From: Myxococcota bacterium | GTDB lineage: Bacteria > Myxococcota > Myxococcia > Myxococcales > Myxococcaceae | Direction of reading: 5' to 3' | DNA: 64,000 nucleotides | Assembly: GCA_049322255.1 (NCBI GenBank) | Contig: JBMORE010000157.1 | Coordinates: forward strand, 1-64,000 | Shown here: positions 55,544 through 64,000 of the stretch, piece by piece | Numbering within the stretch: position 1 is the first letter of the stretch | Layout: every line of letters begins with the position of its first letter | Program-made: the position numbers and the translations under genes | Notes under the pieces: generated by a model | The model's input: only the letters and a program-made list of their open reading frames with translations | The model's database searches: none | Told to the model about the DNA's origin: nothing

Positions 55544-55581
55544 CGCCCCTCACCCTAACCCTCTCCCAGGGAGAGAGGGGA
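55540..55581. repeat. REP-like palindromic repeat, copy 2 (inverted relative to copy 1), between convergent genes
   Basis: GTGACGCCCCTCACCCTAACCCTCTCCCAGGGAGAGAGGGGA. Confidence 0.8.
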
Positions 55582-57544
55582 TCTTCGTCTCGCCGCTCTT
55601 GGTGCGTTTGGCGGCGAAAGGCCCGCGCTCGCGGCCGGGGTGCAGCTCCATGCCGGAGGCGTAGCCGGTGACTTTGTTTCTGCCCGCGCGCTTGCTGGCG
55701 TAGAGCGCCGAGTCGGCGCAGTCGACCAGCCGCTCCTGCTCGCTGGCGTCAGCGGGAAGGTTGGAGACGCCCACCGAGATGGTGACGCGGCCTCCGGGCT
55801 GGACCTGAGCGTGCGGCAGGGGGGCCTCCTCGACGCTGCGCCGGAGCTTCTCCGCCACCTCGATCGCCTCGGCCTTGGACACTTGGGGGAGGATGAGCAG
55901 GAACTCCTCCCCTCCGTAGCGCCCGAGCACATCGACCTTGCGGGTCATGGTCTTCATCTGCTCGCACACCTTGCGCAAAACGTCGTCGCCCGCGCGGTGG
56001 CCGGCGGCGTCGTTCAAGTGCTTGAAGTGGTCGATGTCCACCATCAAGAGGGACACCTGGGTGCCGAAGCGGTTGGCGCGGTTGATCTCCAGCTCCAGGC
56101 GGGAGAAGAGGTGTCGACGGTTGGGCACGCCGGTGAGCGGGTCGGTGATGGACAGCTCGACGGTCTGTTCGTGCAGCTGGGCGTTCTTCACCGCCATCGC
56201 CACTTGATCGGCCACCGTGGTGAGAAAGTCGATCTCCTCGGCGGAGAAGCCCGCCGCCTCGGGGCGCTCGAAGTTGATCACCCCCAACAGGACGCCGCCG
56301 TGCAGCATCGGCAGGCACAGCAGTGAGCCCCGCCCGTGGGCGCTGCCTCCGCGCACGCGGAAGATCGAGCTGTCGGCCCCGAGGTCGGGGATGTAGAGCG
56401 ATTTTTTGGTCTGCGCCGCCTTGCCGCAGGCGCCTTCGCCGACGTCGAAGGTCATGCCCTCGGTGCCCAGCCCGGCAGGGACCGCGCTTTTCACCTCGAG
56501 CTTGCCTTCGGCGTTGAGCAGCATGATGGAGAACTTGGGAATGCGCAGGCGGTCAGGCACCAGCGAGGTGATGCGCGAAAACACCTCGCCCGGCTCCAAG
56601 GTGGAGCTGAGCAGGCGCGCCACGTCGTTCAAAGTAGACAGCTCGGTGAGGCGGTTTTCGAGCTTGGCGTTGGTCTCTTCCAGAGTGCGCTTGAGCAAAA
56701 GCTGCTCCTGGGCGGCCTGGAGATCGCGGTTCTTGTCGATCTCCTCCGCCTTCATCGAAGTGATACGGGCCAGCATGCGGTTGAAGGCGAAGGAGAGCGC
56801 GCCCAGCTCGTCGTTGCGCCGCTCGTCGGCGCGCACCAAGAAGTCGCCGTCCTCGGCGCGCCGCATCGCCGCCGTCAGCCTGCGCAAAGGGTGGGTGACG
56901 AAGACGCGCAGGCCGATGGCGGTGGCGGCCGCCAGCACCGCGGCGAACAAGAGCACGCTGTAGAGCGCGCCGCGGAACACCGACTGCACCTGCTGGTGTA
57001 GCTTCGGTTCGTCGATGGTGAGCTGTAGGACGCCGACCTTCATCGTGGTCTGGCCGGTGTGGCAGCCCGCGCAGGCCATGCCGCCCAAGGGGCGAACGAG
57101 CTCGATGCGTGACTTGCCCCCGAGCACGGGGAGGGCAGGGGAAGTGTCCACCTGCACCGTCTGGGGGCCGACGGCCAAAAGGCGCGTGCTTTCCGGGTGC
57201 GGCTTGCCCTCCTCTTCGACGCGCCGGGACCAGCGCACCACCCCGCGGCGATCGACGATGCGCAGGCCGGAGACATAGCGGAACATCTTCCAATCCGAGC
57301 GCATGGCCTCGGTCACCGAACGGTGCACGCTGGCAGGGGCGTCTTCGGCCGACTTGCGATCGGTGAGGGTGAAGGTGGTGGAGAGGAGCTCCGCCAGCGC
57401 CACCGCCTCGTCGCGGGTCGCCTCGGAGACGGCGCGCTCCGCCTGGCGCCAGAAGAAAACCACGCCGCCCACGGCCACCAGCACCGCCGGGAGCGCAATG
57501 CCCCACAGCAGTTTTCTTCCAACCGAATCGAGACCCAGTGCCAA
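55550..57544 (-). CDS. Membrane diguanylate cyclase (periplasmic sensor with CxxCH–HAMP–GAF–GGDEF)
   Basis: Two TMs flanking a domain containing CAGCH; HAMP (PLRRL...DELGAL..AFNRM); GAF; TDPLTG, DIDHFK, RKVD I-site, YGGEEF. Confidence 0.92.
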   Translation of the reverse strand: MALGLDSVGRKLLWGIALPAVLVAVGGVVFFWRQAERAVSEATRDEAVALAELLSTTFTLTDRKSAEDAPASVHRSVTEAMRSDWKMFRYVSGLRIVDRRGVVRWSRRVEEEGKPHPESTRLLAVGPQTVQVDTSPALPVLGGKSRIELVRPLGGMACAGCHTGQTTMKVGVLQLTIDEPKLHQQVQSVFRGALYSVLLFAAVLAAATAIGLRVFVTHPLRRLTAAMRRAEDGDFLVRADERRNDELGALSFAFNRMLARITSMKAEEIDKNRDLQAAQEQLLLKRTLEETNAKLENRLTELSTLNDVARLLSSTLEPGEVFSRITSLVPDRLRIPKFSIMLLNAEGKLEVKSAVPAGLGTEGMTFDVGEGACGKAAQTKKSLYIPDLGADSSIFRVRGGSAHGRGSLLCLPMLHGGVLLGVINFERPEAAGFSAEEIDFLTTVADQVAMAVKNAQLHEQTVELSITDPLTGVPNRRHLFSRLELEINRANRFGTQVSLLMVDIDHFKHLNDAAGHRAGDDVLRKVCEQMKTMTRKVDVLGRYGGEEFLLILPQVSKAEAIEVAEKLRRSVEEAPLPHAQVQPGGRVTISVGVSNLPADASEQERLVDCADSALYASKRAGRNKVTGYASGMELHPGRERGPFAAKRTKSGETKIPSLPGRGLG

Positions 57545-57637
57545 GGAAGGCGGCAGTGTCCGTCGTCTTGACGCACGAAGTCAAACCTTTGGCGGCAAGG
57601 TTTCGCCGACGTTTTCGCGGGGATACGCTGGGTGTCG

Positions 57638-58372
57638 ATGAGCGCGTTGTTCATCGTCTCGAGGTTGTTGCCCGTGCCGCACGGGTTTTCGGTGCGTGAA
57701 GGGGGTGTCTCCACTGGCCCTTTCGCCTCGCTCAACCTGGGCTTTTCGGTGGGAGATGCGCGGGCCCACGTCGAGGAGAACCTGGCGCGGTTGGCGCGTG
57801 CGGCAAACCTGCGCCCCGAAGACGTTCAATGTGTGTCCCAGGTGCACGGAGATGTGGTGCTCCACGATCCGGCTGTGGGTGCGGAGGCAGACGCCCTGTG
57901 GACCGAGCAACCGGGGAGCGCGGTGGGAGTGAAGACCGCCGACTGCGTGCCGATTCTGCTGGTCGATCCGGTTCGCCGGCGGGTGGCCGCGGTGCACTCT
58001 GGTTGGCGCGGCACGGATTTGGAGATCTCCGCGCGCGCAATCGAGGCGCTCGTGCGCGAGGGCTCCCGACCCGAGGACATGCTCGCGGCGATCGGCCCCG
58101 CCATTCAGGCCTGCTGCTACGAAGTCTCCTCCGAGCTCGCCGAGCGTTTTCGTGCCAAGTTCGGATCCGAGGTGCTGTCCGAAGGGGCAAACCAACCGCA
58201 CCTCGATCTGGCTCGTGCAGTGCACGCGACGCTGCGACGCGCGGGGCTGTCGCCCGACCGCATCGATCTCCTCAGGGAGTGCACCAGCTGCGATCGGACC
58301 CGCCACTTCTCGCACCGCCGCGACAGGGGACGCACCGGGCGGCATCTCTCTTTCGTGGTGTGTCGGTTCTGA
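57638..58372 (+). CDS. pgeF: Peptidoglycan editing factor PgeF (YfiH/laccase-domain)
   Basis: HGFS.R.GG, SLNLG, QVHG, TADCVPILL, HSGWRG, IGPAI..CCYEV, FSHRR. Confidence 0.93.
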   Translation: MSALFIVSRLLPVPHGFSVREGGVSTGPFASLNLGFSVGDARAHVEENLARLARAANLRPEDVQCVSQVHGDVVLHDPAVGAEADALWTEQPGSAVGVKTADCVPILLVDPVRRRVAAVHSGWRGTDLEISARAIEALVREGSRPEDMLAAIGPAIQACCYEVSSELAERFRAKFGSEVLSEGANQPHLDLARAVHATLRRAGLSPDRIDLLRECTSCDRTRHFSHRRDRGRTGRHLSFVVCRF

Positions 58373-58428
58373 CGCTACAGCCTTGTGTCAGGCGTGGCTT
58401 TTCCGCCGCGGGGCTTTGGGAGGGATTC

Positions 58429-58458
58429 TTGACGCTTTCGGAGAGCGCTCCCTAGACT
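58429..58458 (+). promoter_or_regulatory. Putative sigma70 promoter of cpoB-like/LysM genes
   Basis: TTGACG-18nt-TAGACT. Confidence 0.5.
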
Positions 58459-58464
58459 TTCGCC

Positions 58465-59232
58465 ATTCGTTACCCATTCCTCATCCTCGTGCCCGCGCTT
58501 GGCGCGTGCGCGACCGACTCTGTGTCGAAGGCCGAGCTCCACGAGCTGCGTGCCGAGCTGCGCGCGATCCGCGAAGAGAACGCGCGGCTGGAGCGGCGGC
58601 TGGAGCGCGTCGAGGTCGGCTCCTCGGTGACCGGGAGGGTTTCGGGCACGCCGACGGCGGCGAAGGGTGCCTCCCACACGTTGCCTCCGCTCACCGTGGT
58701 CAAGCTCAAGCCCAAGGTCGAGCCGGCGCCCAAGCTGGAAACTGGTACCGCAGTGGTCGAGCCGGGGCCCGAGCAGATCGAAGCGCTCGCTTCGCCTCCG
58801 GCCACTGAGCCCTCCGAGGAGATCGAGCTCGATCCCGCGGTGGGCGAGGCGATGTTCGAGAACGGGCTTTCCGCGCTCAAGACCGGCAACGTGGCGGGGG
58901 GAGTCGACTCGCTCTTGCGCTTCGTCGAGCAGTTCCCCAAGCACGCCAAGGCGGACAACGCGCTCTACTTCAGTGGCGTGGGGCTGATGTCGCTCGAAGC
59001 GCTGGAGGATGCCGCCACCACCTTCGGGCGGGTGCTGAGCGCCTACCCGGCCAGTGACGCGGTGGTCGACGCGATGCTCAAGCTCGCCGAGTGCAACGTG
59101 AAGTTGAACCGGCCCGCGGAGGCGCGGGCGGTTTACGAAAAGATAGTCTCCACCTTCCCCGGCTCCGCTGCTGCCACGCAGGCATCGGCGCGGCTGGCCT
59201 CCATCGGCGCCACTGGCGCTGGCAGTCGTTAG
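58465..59232 (+). CDS. CpoB/YbgF-like TPR lipoprotein; start uncertain (ATT 58465 or GTG 58489)
   Basis: LGA|C lipobox, coiled coil, then FP.H..ADNALY, YP.S....DAMLKLA, FPGS.AA TPR pattern. Confidence 0.8.
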   Translation: MRYPFLILVPALGACATDSVSKAELHELRAELRAIREENARLERRLERVEVGSSVTGRVSGTPTAAKGASHTLPPLTVVKLKPKVEPAPKLETGTAVVEPGPEQIEALASPPATEPSEEIELDPAVGEAMFENGLSALKTGNVAGGVDSLLRFVEQFPKHAKADNALYFSGVGLMSLEALEDAATTFGRVLSAYPASDAVVDAMLKLAECNVKLNRPAEARAVYEKIVSTFPGSAAATQASARLASIGATGAGSR

Positions 59233-59245
59233 GAGTTTCACACCG

Positions 59246-60442
59246 ATGCGAAACGTGCTCGCCGCTCTCCTCGCCGCCGTCAGCTTGACCTCGTGGCACG
59301 CCTCCGCTCAAGAGGGCGAGGAGGAGGCGCCCGCAGAAGAAGAGGCCCCGGCCGCCGAAACCGAGGGCGCCGAAGTGGTGGACCAAGGCGACCAAGTGCG
59401 CACGACGGGCAGGGAAGCCGCTCCGGGCGAGGTGCACACCGTGGTGCGGGGCGACACCCTGTGGGACCTCTCGCAGCGCTACCTGGGCAGCCCCTGGTAC
59501 TGGCCGAAGGTCTGGTCCTACAACCCGGAGATCGCCAACCCGCACTGGATCTACCCGGGCAACCAGGTGCGCTTCTTCCCGTCCGGCGAAGAGGTGCCGA
59601 CCCAAGTCGAGGTGGGCGAAGGGCCCGAGGTAGGTGAGGAAGTGGAGGCGGCGGAGCTGATCCCCGAGGACACCGAGGGCGTGCAGGTGGCGGGGAAGAT
59701 TAGCTACAAGCCCCCCAGCACCACGCGGCTGACCGAGATCGGCTTCGTCACCTCCAAGGAGCTCGACGAGACGGGGAAGATCGCCGGCTCCTTCGCCGAG
59801 TCGCAGATGCTCGCCTTCCCCGACAAGGTCTACCTCCAGTTCCGCCGCCAGAGCGACGCGCGGGTGGGCGATCGCTACGTGGTGTTCCGCACCCTCAAAG
59901 ACGTGGAGCACCCGGTGACCGGCGCCAACGTCGGCTACCTCACTCAGTTCTTGGGCGCGGTGCGCGTCACCGAGCTGTCCAACCGGCTCATCACCGCGCA
60001 GATCACCGACTCGTGGGACGAAATTTCCCGCGGCGACCTCATCGGCCCCTTCGGCGAGCAGATTGGCAAGCCGGTTTCTCCGCGCCCCAACGAGAAGGAG
60101 ATGAAGGGGTACGTGGTGGAGGCGCTGATTCCGCACCTGACCATGGTGGGCGAGCACCACCAGGTGATCATCGATAAGGGCAGCGCCGACGGAGTGCTCC
60201 CGGGTAACACCTTCACCGTGGTGCGCCAGAATGACGGGGTGGCGGGCGACTTCATTCACCCGTCGGAGAACGACGAGGACTACCCGGTGGAGGACATCGC
60301 CACCTGCATGGCGATCGAGGTGAAGGATCGCGCCACCACCTGCTTGATGCTCCGCTCGCTGCGCGAGGTGGTGGGCGGCGATCGAGTGGTGATGCGCGTG
60401 GGCGGCAGTGGCGCGCGCCCGGCCCAGGCGTCGATTCACTGA
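59246..60442 (+). CDS. Secreted LysM peptidoglycan-binding protein
   Basis: Signal peptide; HTVVRGDTLWDLS..YLGSPWYWPKVW..NP.IANPHWIYPG; typical position upstream of dprA. Confidence 0.9.
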   Translation: MRNVLAALLAAVSLTSWHASAQEGEEEAPAEEEAPAAETEGAEVVDQGDQVRTTGREAAPGEVHTVVRGDTLWDLSQRYLGSPWYWPKVWSYNPEIANPHWIYPGNQVRFFPSGEEVPTQVEVGEGPEVGEEVEAAELIPEDTEGVQVAGKISYKPPSTTRLTEIGFVTSKELDETGKIAGSFAESQMLAFPDKVYLQFRRQSDARVGDRYVVFRTLKDVEHPVTGANVGYLTQFLGAVRVTELSNRLITAQITDSWDEISRGDLIGPFGEQIGKPVSPRPNEKEMKGYVVEALIPHLTMVGEHHQVIIDKGSADGVLPGNTFTVVRQNDGVAGDFIHPSENDEDYPVEDIATCMAIEVKDRATTCLMLRSLREVVGGDRVVMRVGGSGARPAQASIH

Positions 60443-60465
60443 CTTCGGCGGTCGGCCTGGCCCGA

Positions 60466-60784
60466 AAGGGTGGGAACGCGAGGGCTCTGGCGCACCGGCA
60501 ACATCGTCGAGCCCCGCGTTTTCGGGCGCCGTGACTCTGGCCCCCCTGGGGTTCTCTTTGCGGGTCTCCGATTTTCGGGAATTCGCTATTACCCTCGGCG
60601 CTCGTAACCCTGCGAAAGTTTGTCATCCATCCGCTGCGGAAACGCTCAAAACGCTCCGATCTGGTAACGGCGATTACCCGGAATTCAGAAGGGGCGAAAC
60701 AGGACCCCAGGGGGGCCGCAGCGCCCGAAGACGTGGGGCTCGCTCTCGGTGCTTCCGCGCCGGAGCCCTCGCGTTCTCACTCTT
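60466..60784 (+). ncRNA. Candidate structured RNA / long imperfect inverted repeat (~320 nt rod)
   Basis: Stems 60468-93/60757-82, 60508-29/60721-42 and 60539-55/60701-17: 65 bp with only G·U non-WC pairs, plus inner stems. The structure is seen; the ncRNA status is inferred. Confidence 0.5.
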
Positions 60785-60800
60785 ACAAGCCGCGCCTACC

Positions 60801-60829
60801 TTGACCAGCCGAGGGGCCGCATTTATAGG
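60801..60829 (+). promoter_or_regulatory. Putative sigma70 promoter of dprA-topA
   Basis: TTGACC-17nt-TATAGG; GGGAGG RBS before ATG 60921. Confidence 0.5.
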
Positions 60830-60920
60830 AACGCCCCCTTTCGTGTCGGACCCCACCTCTATATACGCGTGGCGTGCTGCAAGAGGCCCACGGGGCGAGG
60901 CGGAAAGGGAGGCGACGGGT

Positions 60921-62048
60921 ATGGCTTCTGGGTTGAACCACATCGAGGGTGAACGGCGAACGGTGCTCGGGCTGTGGGCGGTGCCTGGCGTTGGCTCCAA
61001 GTCGATCGCCGCCATCCAAACGACGTTCGAGGACCTGGCAAGCCTCGCCGACGTCTACCCACATGAATGGCTCAGAAAGGTCGACCTTCCCGAGCAGGCG
61101 CGGCGGGCGTTGGCCTCGGCCCCCAAGCCGGGAGTGTTGGCCGACCGCGCCGTGGAGCGTTGTCTTTCCGCGGGCATCTCCATCGCCTTCCAAGGGGACG
61201 AGGCCTACCCTTCGCGCCTGGCCGAGGTGGGCGATGCGCCGCCGCTCCTTTTCTACAAGGGTCGCGTCGGCCCTCCTCGCCGCCGGCTCGCGCTCGTCGG
61301 CACCCGCCGGCCTGACATGACCACCTCCAAGTGGGCGCGCGAGTTCGCGCAGAGGGTCGCTGCCAAAGGCCTTGGGGTGGTGTCGGGCGCGGCGGACGGC
61401 ATCGACCAGCAGTGCCACCTGGGCGCTCTCGACGTCGGTGGCGAGACGTGGGCGTTCCTCGGTTCGGCGCTCGATGAGATCGACCCCTCGCAGAAGCGGC
61501 TGTGGCGATGGGTGGAGGCGGGTGGCGGAGTGTACTTCAGCGAGCTGCCCCCCGGAGTGAGGGCAGACCGATCGACCTTCCCGCGGCGAAACCGGCTCAT
61601 CTCCGGCGCGGCGGACGCGGTGGTGATTCTGCGTGCGCCGGAGGGCTCGGGCGCTCTGTACACCGCCGAGTATGCCGAAGCACAGGGGCGGCCGATTCTG
61701 GTAGTGCCCGGTGACGTCAGCAACGACAGCACCCGTGGAGGCAATGCCTGGCTGCGTGCCGGCCGGGCCACCGCGTGCCTCGACGTGGGCGATGCGCTCG
61801 CCGCCGTCGGCATGGACCGAGCCCTCTCCGGCCCTCCGCCCAAGCCCACCGCTCCCCGGGTGGACGTGGACTCCCTCTCTGCCAGCGCCCAGGCCGCGCT
61901 CCGGGTCGTCGACCGGACGCCGCGCGGCTTCGAAGAGCTGCTCTTGGCCAGCCGGGTGGAGTCGGGAACCTTGAGCAGCGCGTTGTGCGAGTTAGAGCTG
62001 TTGGGGCTTGTCGTGCAGCACCCGGGCAAGCGATACGAACGGCTATAA
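60921..62048 (+). CDS. dprA: DNA-processing protein DprA
   Basis: YPSRL...PPLLFYKG, ALVGTR, VVSGAADGID, FPRRNRLISG, SGALYTA, C-terminal winged helix; upstream of topA. Confidence 0.95.
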   Translation: MASGLNHIEGERRTVLGLWAVPGVGSKSIAAIQTTFEDLASLADVYPHEWLRKVDLPEQARRALASAPKPGVLADRAVERCLSAGISIAFQGDEAYPSRLAEVGDAPPLLFYKGRVGPPRRRLALVGTRRPDMTTSKWAREFAQRVAAKGLGVVSGAADGIDQQCHLGALDVGGETWAFLGSALDEIDPSQKRLWRWVEAGGGVYFSELPPGVRADRSTFPRRNRLISGAADAVVILRAPEGSGALYTAEYAEAQGRPILVVPGDVSNDSTRGGNAWLRAGRATACLDVGDALAAVGMDRALSGPPPKPTAPRVDVDSLSASAQAALRVVDRTPRGFEELLLASRVESGTLSSALCELELLGLVVQHPGKRYERL

Positions 62049-62060
62049 GGGAAGGAACGA

Positions 62061-64000
<1,940 letters not shown>

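Noticed and set aside
60466..60784. Identity of the hairpin as SRP, 6S, RNase P or tmRNA
   Set aside because: No SRP domain IV motif, RNase P GAGGAAAGUCC or tRNA-like ends; longer than a typical 6S and lacking its usual gene context. An Rfam search is still needed.
60408..60920. 171-aa N-terminal extension of DprA in the ORF track
   Set aside because: It runs through the hairpin and is not protein-like; a promoter and GGGAGG RBS support ATG 60921.

Overview
GC-rich chromosomal segment from a myxobacterium (Myxococcales), probably a scaffolded draft or MAG, since it has two N gaps. The assignment rests on asgB, aglZ, tandem Ser/Thr kinases and Cys-rich/'DAG'-rich lipoproteins. Most of the window is core genome, in this order: a double-kinase hybrid sensor; an Ig-repeat/VWA lipoprotein; two PEGA-domain Ser/Thr kinases; merR-like–asgB; purH; a Zn-ribbon/TPR protein; purD; an LPS/O-antigen block (lptF, lptG, waaL, GT4s, wbaP, GT-C); class II RNR nrdJ with NrdR boxes; a mixed accessory block (ferredoxin, YccA, permuted ATP-grasp ligase, GST-kappa/DsbA, isochorismatase, odd methyltransferase, MoxR, surface lipoproteins); aglZ; GT4/DUF4912/GH57; a TPR protein; proteases; a heme-motif diguanylate cyclase; pgeF; cpoB-like; LysM; dprA; and topA (truncated by the window end). 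The most notable unexplained items are: (1) a ~320-nt intergenic rod-like hairpin between the LysM gene and dprA whose stem mismatches are all G·U on the + strand (candidate structured ncRNA); (2) a TPR–coiled-coil protein ending in a HEPN-like domain with an intact RxxxxH motif, inside a GH57/hydrolase/metalloprotease operon; (3) a glutathione-synthetase-like permuted ATP-grasp ligase head-to-head with a GST-kappa operon; (4) two inverted REP-like repeats that supply stop and start codons; (5) a decayed ParE-type toxin–antitoxin pair missed by the ORF track; (6) a possible leaderless ATT start. No rRNA, tRNA, CRISPR array or transposase was seen. All assignments come from motif recognition by eye; no database searches were run.
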